Positions 38,341-54,180 of a stretch of 64,000 bases of DNA are shown here, piece after piece. Each line of letters opens with the position of its first letter. Position 1 is the first letter of the stretch. The notes under the pieces are model-generated. The model was not told the DNA's origin. It saw nothing but the letters and a program-made list of their open reading frames with translations, and did no database searches. This stretch comes from Mobula hypostoma (lineage: Eukaryota): positions 98,582,001 through 98,646,000 of the forward strand of contig NC_086107.1 of NCBI RefSeq assembly GCF_963921235.1, in the 5' to 3' direction. Position numbers and translations under genes: made by a program.

Positions 38341-38966
38341 CCTATTAACCTAACCACCTGTGATTCAGCAAAATCACGATCCAACCCCAATTCCGGACTT
38401 GTGGTGGTCTACCTGTGATTTGTTACGCCTGCAGACAAAACAACAACTTTCACGACATCTGCCTGTGGCAGTAAATCTGATTCTGAAAATGCATAGCAAT
38501 CCTTAGCAAAGAATGTGTTCTGTCTGGTGAGGTGTGATATCACTGATGGGTTGTGAAGTCATAATAATGGACTGATGTCAGAATGAATACTTTACCTCAC
38601 GGTAACCAGCTATGATTGGTATCTTGTTTGAACGTTAGCTTCTATGCAGACTGGACCTCAGCAATTCCCATGGTTATTTTGTATGTACTATATTCTCCAC
38701 TGCGCTGGATGGATACTGCGGAGCTATGAGGTATTTTCCCTAAATCGATGTGTTTTTCAGTATTCGGGGGTTATATGAGGGGTACTGGGGTTAGAAGATT
38801 GCCATGGGAGTAGTTGTAGATACCCTATTCCTCAGAGACTTTTGGGCTTTCGAGCCAGCTGAAGGCTTCCATATTGTCTGTTCAGTATTAGTCACAGATT
38901 AAGTTAGAGTTTATAACCAACATCATGGAATTGTAATTGTCAATGATTTGACAGTCTTCAAATTAC

Positions 38967-39205
38967 TTTATTGCTTTCACCAATCGACTTTCCAGCTCTT
39001 AACTTCACCCCTCCCCCTCCCAGATTCACCTATCACCTACTGCCTTGTACCTCCTCCTCTTCCCCCCCTCCATCTTCTTACTCTGACTTCTCAATTTTTT
39101 TTAACCTGTTCTGATGAAGGGTCTCGTCTTGAAATGTCGACTGTTAACTCTTTTCCATAGATGCTGCCTGGCCTGCTGAGTTCTTCCAGCATAATGTGTG
39201 TATTA
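38967..39205 (+). mobile_element. PLE 3' fragment with hammerhead core (CTGATGA 39111-39117, GAAA 39131-39134, GTC)
   Basis: Homology to the other pLTR copies; flanked by a diverged direct repeat of about 90 bp. Confidence 0.75.
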
Positions 39206-40529
39206 CCTCTGTATTGTCTGTTCAATATTAGTCACAGACGAGCTGTTGGAGCTTATACCAACATCGTGGAATTGTAACTGATTTTGGCTGTCTTCAAAGT
39301 ACAGTACAATTACCTCCACTGGTCTCTCTGACTGCAGCTTCCAAACTCATCCAAGCAGGACAAAGGGCATCATTACGTGCTGGCTCCAGGTCAAATAAGC
39401 ATTGCATGTGACTTGGGAAAACCTTGTCTCTATAAAAATAGTGGAATCTTCTACCCAGCAGCACTGTGGGAGTACCAGAAGCGAAAGGACTTTTGTGGTT
39501 CTAACAGGTTGCTCACCACCACAATCACGAGGGCATGAGCATACCTGGGTTCTCCTCTTCTGATAATAAATACACCAAAAGAAAATTCAGCCTTGATGCT
39601 ATGGGCAGTGAAAGAAAGTGGTGAGATTGAAAACTTTGAGCAAAGCATACACCAGCATTGTAAAAAGACATGAGAACATAGAAGGAACTAGATCTAGCTT
39701 TTCTAAAAGTTCTGATTGTAAAAAAATGTTCTCATTCTGAAGTATTGTTCTGCAATTTGTGATGAAAATTAGGTTAGTGAAGCAACACACACACACACAC
39801 AATGCTGGAGGAAGTCAGCAGGCCAGGCAGTATCTATGGAAAAGAGTACAGTCGATGTTTGTGATGAGGTTAGTGACGCACTATCGGGGAGTGAATCAGA
39901 TAAATATGATTGGAAGTGGTAGAAATGTTGGTTAGATTGCATTTGACCCTGCCTTGCAGAACCTACCAGAACCACTGGAGCTGCCAGAGGGCCTTTTCCT
40001 TGTTTAAATGTCTCTGATCAGAGAGATTTAGTAATATCTGAAAAGATTTTAGATTTGTCAACATTTGTTTTAAAGAATAGCTTTAGTAATGGATTTTAAT
40101 ATGACAATTATTAATTAGACTAAGTATTTTGAGCCTGTTAACTGTGATGGCGTTCAACTATCCCATTCAAATGAGTAGGATCTCTCTCACAAGACATCTA
40201 ATTATGGCTGGCTTCGAGCTGATGGGCAGTTTTCAGTCCAGTTAAGAGGTGAAGGGAAGGCTAAAGGTTCAAGATGGTTTGTTGCCGTGTCTCAGTACAC
40301 GAGTGTAAAGGAGAACAAAATCATCGTTTCTCTGGATCGGATGCAGCATAAAAAACACAATAAATATAAAAGCAATCCTATAAACAGAATGTACAAGTAA
40401 TTGTTGGGTCAGACTTTGTAAGATTATCTTGTAAGCACATGTTTGCATATACTGTATGTAAGGCGCTGCTAGGTGCAGGAGTATCTGAACTTCAGATGAC
40501 TGACAGGCAGGAAATGACAAAGTAAGCAA

Positions 40530-41463
40530 CACACATCAAAGTTGCTGGTGAAAGCAGCAGGCCAGGCAGCATCTGTAGGAAGAGGTGCAGTCGACGTTTC
40601 AGGCCGAGACCCTTCATCGGGACTAACTGAAGGAAGAGTGAGTAAGGGATTTGAAAGTTGGAGGGGGAGGGGGAGATCCAAAATGATAGGAGAAGACAGG
40701 AGGGGGAGAGATGGAGCCAAGAGCTGGACAGCTGATAGGCAAAAGGGATACGAGAGGATCATGGGACAGGAGGTCCGGGAAGAAAGACAAGGGGGGGGGG
40801 ACCCAGAGGATGGGCAAGAGGTATATTCAGAGGGACAGAGAGAGAAAAAGGAGAGTGAGAGAAAGAATGTGTGCATAAAAATGAGTAACAGATGGGGTAC
40901 GAGGGGGAGGTGGGGCCTTAGCGGAAGTTAGAGAAGTCAATGTTCATGCCATCAGGTTGGAGGCTACCCAGACGGAATATGAGGTGTTGTTCCTCCAACC
41001 CGAGTGTGGCTTCATCTTTACAGTAGAGGAGGCCGTGGACAGACATGTCAGAATGGGAATGGGATGTGGAATCAAAATGTGTGGCCATTGGGAGATCCCG
41101 CCCCCTCTGGCGGACAGAGCACAGATGCCCAGCAAAGCGGTCTCCCAGTCTGCGTCGGGTCTCGCCAATATATAAAAGGCCACATCGGGAGCACCGGACG
41201 CAGTATATCACCCCAGTCGACTCACAGGTGAAGTGTTGCCTCACCTGGAAGGACTGTTTGGGGCCCTGAATGGTGGTAAGGGAGGAAGTGTAAGGGCATG
41301 TGTAGCACTTGTTCCGCTTACACGGATAAGTGCCAGGAGGGAGATCAGTGGGGAGGGATGGGGGGGACGAATGGACAAGGGAGTTGCGTAGGGAGCGATC
41401 CCTGCGGAATGCAGAGAGAGGGGGGCAGGGAAAGATGTGCTTAGTGGTGGGATCCCGTTGGAG
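40530..41463 (-). mobile_element. 5'-truncated Neptune-type PLE (GIY-YIG plus 3' UTR)
   Basis: ORF 40918-41244 FTCESTGVIYCVRCSRCGLLYIGETRRRL. TSD GACAAAGTAAGCAA at 40516-40529 and 41464-41477. Hammerhead core mutated to CCGATGA. Confidence 0.92.
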
Positions 41464-42379
41464 GACAAAGTAAGCAAGTGACTCTTGGTAAAAGTGTATT
41501 TCCGAGTTGGCAGCAGGACAACGACTTTCCCAGTGTTGGTATGAGAAGGGAGTTTAAGTGTAAAGCAGCGGTGCGTGGCGGGACCATAGATCGGAATGCT
41601 GGTGTGGGATGTGTACATGGGTGGAGCTGGTGACAAGCCTGATGAAGTGGAGGAATGTTCAGACGAGGAGTGCCTTTGTTTTCCCTGCCAAACCTGGAAC
41701 GGACTTTCCTGGCTTGTTTACCTGGGACGCCCCACAGGCGAACTCATTCTCATCACTTAAAGCCCTCCGCCAACACTGGCATTCTTGACCCAAACAAAGC
41801 GACCAAGGTCTCACCAGGCGCCTCTTCCTCTGGCCTAGGGGGAGTGCTGGTGCAAACCTGCTCACGGAAACAGGTGGCATATGCATCAAGAGCAAGGTTC
41901 CAAGTGAAACTTATTATCAGACTACATACAGGTCACCACATACAAGCCTGAGATTGTTTTTCTGTGGGCATACTCCGCGAACTTTACAACTCCTCCCTTG
42001 GAGGGTGAGACACCCTGAGCCAATAGGCTGGTCCTGGACTTATTTCCTGGCATAATTTACATATTACTATTTAATTATTTATGGTTTTATATTGCTATAT
42101 TTATACTCTACTCTTGGTTGGTGCAACTGTAATGAAAACTAATTTCCCTCAGGATCAATAAAGTATGACTATGACTAAATCTATAGAACAGTAACTGTGA
42201 ACATCTGGAACTATAAGCTGTAAACAAAGTGTGCAAATGCAGATATAAATAAATTGCAATAAATAATGAGCATGAAATAACAAGATAAGAATCCTTAAAC
42301 GAGTGTAGCTATCCCCTCTTGTTCAAGGCCCTGATGGTTGAGAGGTAATAACTGTTCTTGAACCTGGTGGTGCACGTCC

Positions 42380-43280
42380 TGGTGGGACTCTCAGATCACT
42401 TAACTTTAATGTTAATTCTAGCATACGAACCAGTGATCAAATGGGTCAGACCAGTTCTAAAAGTGGTGAAAACCTGGCCTGAGGGAGCAATCTTTGCACT
42501 GCAGGACTGCTTTGATGATACCAACTGGAGAATGTTCAGGGAGATTGCTACCTATGGCAACCAAGCTAAGATGGAGGAATAGGTGGATTCTGTGACCGGC
42601 TGCATCGAGAAGTGCACTGAGAATGTTAGTGTTACGAAATGCAGCTGGGTGTTGGCAGATCAGAAGCCGTGGCTTACTGCAGAGGTCCGTACCAGGATTT
42701 GTGATGCTGCCCTTAGGTTAGGAGTTCCCACAGCTCTCGTGAAGCAAGAACTGTGCTTTCTTGTTCCGTCAGGAGGGTGAAATGGGAGCATTATCAGAGA
42801 ATTTACAGCCACTTCTGCGAAACACGGGACGCATCTGGCAGGGAATTCGGAGGATTACAGGCTACAAGTCTGCCCTGTGTATCAGTAACCAGGACGCTTC
42901 ACTCCCTGAGAGGCTGAATGTCTTCTACACCCGGTTTGATGTCCAGAACAAAGTGCTGGTCAGGAAGGCACCCCTCACCCCCCAGTGGAGCAGACCCTTT
43001 CTCTGGCTGAAACTGAGGTGAGGAAGACCCTGACCAGAGTCAACCCACGCAAAGCTATGGAGCCCGATAATATACCATGTCAAATTCTGAAAGATTGTGC
43101 AGCCAAGTTGACGGATATATTCAACATCTCTCTGGTACAGTCCATTGTCCCCTCAGTTCTCAAGTGGCAACCATCATTCCAGTGCCAAAGAAAGTGACAG
43201 TGACCTGCCAAAGTGACTGCCGTCCGGTGGCATTAGCACCAACCATTGTGAAATGCTTTGAGCGGTTGGTCATGGAGAGC
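42380..43280 (+). mobile_element. Rex1/Babar LINE fragment (EN end to RT start)
   Basis: GLSDH, LQDCFDDTNW, QKPWLT, VNPRKAMEPDNIP, DCRPVALAPTIVKCFERLV, with frameshifts. Confidence 0.8.
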
Positions 43281-43342
43281 GTTAGATGCGATTCTATAGA
43301 CAAGTAGTACATACCTAGCTTTTCTTTCTCTCTCCCCCCCCC

Positions 43343-43517
43343 AAAGAAAGGGAGATGTGGTAGTTAAAGGGTTAATCCTGTGCTGCTCAGGTAGCTGCTC
43401 CCACATGGGAGGAGTTCACATATTGTACAAGCAGTGTTATCAATAAAGTCCAGTTGATTGTCCTCAAGGCTGGTGTCCCGGTGTGTTCTGCACTATCCCT
43501 CCATATCGAACACACCA
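43343..43517 (+). mobile_element. Possible polypurine tract plus short 3' LTR of an LTR retrotransposon
   Basis: AAAGAAAGGGAGA directly before TGTGGT (43356); AATAAA at 43442-43447; ends ACACCA (43517). Confidence 0.45.
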
Positions 43518-45599
43518 TTTTGTGTTCCCTTTCCAACGGTGTTATAACTTGGAATGCATGTTTCCCCAGCACACCTGTTGGTAGTTCCTGCTTTTAAATC
43601 ATGCATATTTTCTGTATAATCTGAGACTTGCTTGGGATTGTCTAGGCTTATGCAGAACCATAATTGAATTTATTGGTGAGGACTGTTTGCGTGAAGGATG
43701 CCTGGGTGAAAGCCAGCTGTCTGAACCTGTCTAGTGCAACCCCTAATGTTAAAATACAAATAGTTCGAAGAGGAATTTTCAAACATTTGCAGGTTTGCCA
43801 CTTCTGGTAATTTAACTTTATCCTACGCCAGCACCTAGCCTAGTTCTCCAAAGTTAAGGTACTCTTCTGAGTGGGACACAGTTGTTTGCACAGTACTGTA
43901 GTAATTTTATGTATTGCACTGTACTGTTGCCACAAAAATAATCTGAAATTTGACACTTGTCAGGTCAGCATTTTTTGGAGAGGAAAACACCAATAAGTCA
44001 AGTTTATTGTTGTTAACTATATACATATATATAACATACATAATCATGTAGTGTATATAGAAACAAGACAATGTTTCTTTCAACCAGGGTGTAAAGCACA
44101 TAACACAATAACTTATGAAGATAAGGATAAAATCTACAGGTGAATGACATATAAATAACAAACTAAAGTGCATTAATATTAAAAATTGCAGGGTACAGAA
44201 CAGGTTAACCAGTGACACTTCGAATACGATGTGGCAGGGAGTTCAGAAGCCTAGTGGCCTGAGGGAAGAAACTGTTTCTCATCCTGACTGTTAGTATCGG
44301 AGTCTCCTGCCTGATGGTAGAAGGTCAAACAGGATGCTGGACGGGTGGGTGGGATCTTTGATAATACCAAGGGCCCTGTGTACGCAGTGTTCCTGATAAG
44401 TGTCCTAATGGATGGTGGGGAGCTGCCTATGATCCTCTCAGCTGTTCTCACAGCCCTTTGTAGGGACTTCCACTCCAAAGCGTCAAAGCTGGCTAGGCCC
44501 CCGGATATCTGTAATTGGATGTTCGTATTTGTTTGTGGTGATCTTGATCTACTTGCCACATTCCTGCTGATAAACATCCTCTCACAATTTAAAGTATTAT
44601 CACCTCTATGAGATTAAGTACCAAATATTCCGGTTCTTTTCAGCTTCAAACACACTTTTTCCAGTTCTGCTCACTGACCCAAACATTTCCTGCTTCTGGC
44701 TCTACCAATTGCTAAACCTCCTGAGCATTTGTATTTCATATTTCTTGTGTCGTTGGAACTGCACACACTCAGGCAAGCGGGGGACATTCCACTAACGAGG
44801 GAGGGAGACAGAGAGAGGGGTAGCTTCTGCCACAGCGGGGTTGTGCGGTGTTTGGCATGGGTAACTCGTGGAACATCTTAGTGTTTCAGATGTGTTCACT
44901 TATGTTGAATGTTAGCAGCTCTGTGTTGTGTTGTTCATGTCTTCTTGTATGCAGGAATGAACTGCCTCTATCAGAATCGGGTTTAATATCACTGGCATGT
45001 GTCATGATATTTGTTAACTTTGTGGCAACAGTACAATGCAATACAGGATAACAGAAAAAAAACTGAATTACTGCAAGTATGTATTTTTTTAAGTAGTTAA
45101 ATAATTAGTGCAAAAAATAGGAATAAAAAGTAAGGTAGTGTTCAGGAGTTCAATGTCTATTTAGAAATGGGATGGCAGAAAGGAAGAAGTTGTTCCTGAA
45201 TTGTTGAGTGTGTGCCTTCAGGCTCCTGTACCTCCTTCCTGATGGTAGCAATGAGAAGAGGGCATGTCCTGGGTGATGGGGGTCCTTAATGATGGACGCC
45301 ACCTTCTTGAGGCATTGCTCCTTGAAGATGTCCTGGATACTACAGTAGCTAGTGCTCCTGATGGAGTTAAATACGTTTACAGCTCTCTGCAGGTTGCTTC
45401 AATCCTTTGCAGTAGCCAACACCCCCTTCCTCAATACAGAATGTGCTGCAGCCAGTTAGAATGCTCTCCATGGTACGTCTGTAGAACTTTGTAGAGCGTT
45501 TTTGGTGATGCACTCAATCTCCTGAAACTCCTAATGAAATATAGCCGCTGCCCTGCCTTTGTAGCTGCATTGATATCGGCAATCTTTCAAACGGGACTG

Positions 45600-46288
45600 G
45601 AGGAGGAGGAGGAGAAGATGGCGGCGCGACGCAGCGCGTGTGGCCACTTCGGTGGTGATGTCTGTTATTTGTCAAGTAGGGGACCGTGCACAATTCTGAT
45701 TTGATGGAGACAGACGTGAGAGTACGGAGGAACATCTGGAGAAACTTCTGAAATGCCCGCTTCGCTGCCACTGTTACTGTGTGGTCCGGAATCTCCGGAG
45801 GAGAAGGCCCCGAATCCTCAGCTTTGGGTGTTTCAGCGGCCGGGGCTAGGTCGAAGGCGCTCGGCAGAGGATGGCGCTCGGGAGGCTGTATTGGAGGGGC
45901 TGTTGGAGGCTCAAAGTTTTTGGATGGACGGACTCAGTATCAGCTGTGGTTGGCTGCTTCCAAGGCATCGGCAGTTGACGGTGCCTGGAGGTTTATGGCA
46001 GGGAGTTTCTCCCTTTTGCCACCTGCTATCGGGGACTCGGGAGTCGATTGACTCGGGACTTTGAGACTTTTTTTTACCGTGCCATGGTCTGTTCTTTATC
46101 AAATTATGGTATTGTTTTGCACTGCTGTAACTATATGTTCTAATTATGTGGTTCTGTCAGCGTTAGTCTTTGGTTTGACCTGTTTTTCTGTGCTATCACT
46201 CTGGAGGAACATTGTATCATTTCTTAATACATGCATGCATTTCTAAATGACAATAAACGAGGACTGAGTGTTCTCATAATTTAATCTT
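45600..46288 (+). repeat. CpG-rich non-autonomous retroelement/SINE-like repeat; 5' part also inverted at about 37621-37696
   Basis: AAGATGGCGGCGCGACGCAGC..GGTGGTGATGTCTGTTATTTGTCAAGTAGGG occurs at both places; AATAAA and TAATCT-like tail. Confidence 0.65.
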
Positions 46289-47280
46289 AAAAAATTGTGG
46301 AATCGAAAGCAAATGTCTTCATCTTCAATGATGGAGAGAACTTCTCTGCTGCATGATGAGGGAATAAACTTTTTGGAAATGTACAACTTTAAAGTGGTGG
46401 TAGTGTGAGGGTTCAGTTATCCCAGTGTTTATTGAACCAACCACAGACTAAAGAGTGTAAAATAAGAGGCTTTATAAGAATATGCCTTCAGGGGAATTAC
46501 CCAGATTGCTACATTCCCAAAAAAAAATAGACTTTGTTGGGTCTGTTTTTAGGGATATTTTGTAGGACAAAGTGGACAAGTTTCACTGGGAAGTTGATTG
46601 AGAATTGTTAGGTTTACGTCAGTAATGCAAAGAGTCCCAAGAGAAATCCCAGAGTAAAATTTCTGAATCAGAGTAGAGCTAACTTCACTGAAGTGAGGAA
46701 GTATCTGGGCAGGATTTTGTAGGACCGAACTTGTATGGTCATGGTTATAGAGAAAGCTGTCCAGTACTGATTGGTACATTCCCACGAGGGACAGGGGTAT
46801 GAGAACCAACTGCAGAATTCCCTGAACGACCAAAGAGGCGCAGGGTCGACAGTGAATGTTGCGTCCCTGATGCGCAACCCAGAGCAGCACTATACAGAGT
46901 TGCTGTGCCGCCGGCTCCCTCTCTCCACACGGCTGATAAGTCCAAAGAAATTTGATGTTGGCTTGCAGACGCTGCCGAGCTCGGTGAACACTGCAACATC
47001 AAACGCCTCAACCCGAGCTACGACCACCCAGTCCAAAGAAATAGCAGAGAAATGATACAGTTTGGCCCTGGCAGCATTGCTGGAGTTGCCAGTCAGCATT
47101 GAACTCAACATGGGACTGCTTAGGGACTCCCAGCTCCGGATTTTTCCCTTGGGGTTTACTCCCGAAGCCTTCTCCACGAGGGGGTATAGCCACAAAATCA
47201 GAGACTTCCTTCACCTAGATGAGCTGCCAACCACAAGCCCCATCTGCCCGAAGCGACTGGTTTTAAAGCGCCAGTAACCC

Positions 47281-49759
47281 TGTAAGCGTAAGTTTGCTGG
47301 ATCAAATAGCGACAGCACAAAAAGATCGTTACTTATCTTTTCACCCGTTTATTTCTTCGAGCTGAGTCGGCGAGTGAACTTGGACCCGACATCAGGGAAA
47401 GAATCGTTCTCATCTCCCCAGCGGTTCTACAAGTTCACTGCCTGATGTCAGAATTGTCAGAAGTTATAAGGCCACCGATACAAAAGAACAATCAGTTTGA
47501 TGAGCATTCCAGCCGAGGCAATGGATTATTGATACAAAGAACAATCAGTTTGATAGACACTCCAGCCACCTTAATTAAAGAAAGGAGTGTCCTACCTGGT
47601 TTGCTGGAGCCCCAATTATAAATATAAGAACATACATCAAATTTATGCTTTAATTAAGAAAGGAAAGTTCTGTCTAATTTCCATCAGGTACTGCCTTTTG
47701 TCAAAATCAAAAGGTGTGAAAAGCCCAGAGGCATCTTCTGCGGATCTGGGCAAATTTTAACCTTCATCTTGCTCCAAAGAAAGCAGCTGTGAGACATTAT
47801 TCAAACACACTGCAGTCACAGACATAGTACTTAATCCATTGTTTACAGGAATTTGAGAATCCCCCATTTCCTTAAACTTTATCATTCCCTCAAACTTTAT
47901 CATTTCCTTCTTTTTATCATTACATGATAACTTTTCAGAACAGATTGTCGCTTCTACAACATGATACAAAACATACCCAACATGCTCCCCGCTCTACCTG
48001 CGACAGAAAAGTGTTAACGTGGGGGCCTCTGGAAACAGGGGCAGGTCCCCTTAGGGTCATTAAAATCATCATTAACCAATACATTTTTCAGTCCTTATCA
48101 GTTCTGCCAGTAACGTGTTTACAGTCCGTTCGATGCATCCACTGGAGCTGCCCTTCCACCTTCACTGCAGTAGGTGTTGTCAGTAGCACTTGGTACGAGC
48201 CTTTCCACCTCGGTTCCAACTTCTTACGATCCCAGTTCTTAATCAGGACAAAATCTGCAGGCTCGATGGTGGGGTAGTCACCCTTGGGCTGGGTGTTGTC
48301 CTTTCGATTGGTCTGTTGTACCTGTGAATGCAAACTTTGGAGAGTTTTAGTTAACTTGCATCAATATTTTCCCATCCCCTCCCCTAAGAACCAGTTCCCA
48401 TCTCCTCCCCTATGCATGTCCATCCTTTCAGGAAGGAGAGGTCGGGTCAGTTCCAACCCCCATGGGGTTCGCATGGGCTTCCCGTAGATAATCTCGGTGG
48501 GGGATAACCCAGTTTTAACTGAGGGTGTGATCCTCATGTAGAACAAGGCCAAGGGTAGAACCTTTAACCAGGTCAGTCCAGTCTCCTGGGTAAGTTTGGT
48601 CAACTTATCTTTTAAGATACCATTGGCTCGTTCAACTATACCAGCTGCCTTTGGGTGGTGGGTGCAGTGGAACTGTTGTTTTATAGCCAATTCCCTGCAG
48701 ATTTCCTCATTTATTTTGGCTACAAAGTGCGGTTCATTGTCTGAGCTTATCATTTCCGGGAGTCCATAACGGGGAATTACTTCTCTTAATATTTTTACAA
48801 CAGTATTATCTTTAGTGGGTATAGCCTCTATCTATCTATCTGCTAAATACATCTACTATTACCAAGCCAATATTTACAACAATGTACTCTAAGTAGTTCT
48901 ATAAAACCAAGTTGTAAACAAGAAAAAGGTCCACCAGGCAAGAGGGTAGTTCCAGAAACACAAGGCGTTCCCTTTTACATGCTGTGGCTCGCTTTTCAAC
49001 TGCTGCCTGGAAATCAGGGCGCCACCGCCACCAAGATATTAACCATTCCCTCCTTGACCAAATGTGTACAATTATTTACATAATCTATCAAGATAGCTAA
49101 AAACACAGAGAGAACACAAACCTGTCCCACAGGGGTCACGGCACTAAATGTAAACATAAGTTTGCTGGATCAAATAACGACAGCACAAAAAGATCGTTAC
49201 TTTTCACCCGTTTATTTCTTCGAGCTCAGCCGGCGAGTGAACTTGGACCCGACATCAGGGAGATGACCTTTCTTATCTCCCCGGAGGTTGTACAAGTTCA
49301 CTGCCCGATGTCAGAATTGTCAGAAGTTATAAGGCCACCGATACAAAAACAATCAATTTGATAAGCATTCCAGGCAAGTCAGTGGACTATTGATACAAAG
49401 AACAATCAGTTTGATAGACACTCCAGCCACCTTAATTAAAGAAAGAAGTGTCCTACCTGGTTTGTTGGAGCCACAACTTAATTATAAATATAAGAACATA
49501 CATCAGATTTATGCTTTAATTAAGAAAGGAATGTTCTGTCTAATTTCCATCAGGTACTGCCTTTTGTCAAAATCAAAAGGTGTGAAAAGCCCAGAGACAT
49601 CGATGTGGATCTGGGCAAATTTTAACCTTCATCTTGCTCCAAAGAAAGCAGCTGTGAGACATTATTCAAACACACTGCAGTCACAGACATAGTCAGGACT
49701 TAATCCATTGTTTATAGGAATCTGAGAATACCCCATTTCCTTAAACTTTATCATTCCCT
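47281..49759 (-). mobile_element. Internally deleted endogenous retrovirus (gamma/epsilon-like): LTR-PBS-integrase-env stub-PPT-LTR
   Basis: About 610-bp direct repeats at 47281-~47892 and 49149-~49759 with TATAA and AATAAA on minus. PBS-like TAGTGCCGTGACC at 49134-49146. Purine tract AAAAAGAAGGAAA near 47903-47915. Confidence 0.9.
48088..49130 (-). pseudogene. pol: Retroviral integrase, disrupted
   Basis: LVIVDVFS, REVIPRYGLPEMISSDNEPHF, HPKAAGIVERANGILK, LPLALFYMR..GLSPTEIIYG, LEPRWKGSYQVLLTTPTAVKV; stops and frameshifts present. Confidence 0.9.
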
Positions 49760-50780
49760 TCTCCTGTCAGTAGAAATGGTTCTGCCGGGCTTAGTAGCTA
49801 AGCCACCATGAAGGCCAGGAGCTGGACTTGGTTGTCAGAGACTATTGGAGGTGCACACCATTGGGAGCATTTAATCGGTAGTGGGAGCTCCTCCCCATTA
49901 CCACCTCCGACTATGACAATCTTGAGGAACCCATTAAAGAAGAAAATGCGTATCGCATATCAAACGATCAAATGACCGAAATCAAAAGGGATAGGCGGAA
50001 TGCTAAATACAATTGAAGTCAGAAGTTTACATACACCTTAGCCAAATACATTTAAACTCAGTTTTTCACAATTCCTGATATTTAATCCTAGAAAACATTC
50101 CCTGTCTTAGGTCAGTTAGGATCACTACTTTGTTTTAAGAATGTGAAATGTCAGAATAATAGTAGAGAGAATGATTTATTTCAGCTTTTATTTCTTTCAT
50201 CACTTTCCCAGTGGGTCAGAAGCTTACGTACACTTTGTTAGTATTTGGTAGCATTGCCTTTAAATTGTTTAACTTGGTTCAAATGTTTTGGGTAGCCTTC
50301 CACAAGCTTCTCACAGTAACTTGCTGGAATTTTGTTCCATTCCTCCAGATAGAACTGGTGTAACTGAGTCAGGTTTGTAGGCCTCCTTGCTCGCACACGC
50401 TTTTTCAGTTCTGCCCACAAATTTCTATCGGGTTGAGGTCAGAAAATGATGTCAAGTCTGGTTCATCCTTGGGAGCAATTTCCAAACACCTGAAGGTACC
50501 ACGTTCATCTGTACAAACAATAGTACGCAAGTATAAACACCATGGGACCACGCAGCTGTCATGCCGCTTAGGAAGGAGACACATTCTGTCTCCTAGAGAT
50601 GAACGTATATTGGCATGAAAAGTGCAAATCAATCCCAGAACAACAGCAAAGGACCTTGTGAAGATGCTGGAGGAAACAGGTAGACAAGTATCTATATGCA
50701 CAGTAAAACGAGTCCTATATCGACATAACCTGAAAGGCTGCTCAGCAAGGAAGAAGCCACTGCTCCAAAACCGCCATTAA

Positions 50781-54180
<3,400 letters not shown>

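Noticed and set aside
38530..38580. Possible C/D box snoRNA (TGAT..CTGA motifs)
   Set aside because: No proper RTGATGA C box or terminal stem.
47275..49765. Target-site duplication for the ERV
   Set aside because: Flanks (AACCC and TTCCC/TTCTCC) and the exact LTR edge are ambiguous, so no TSD is claimed.
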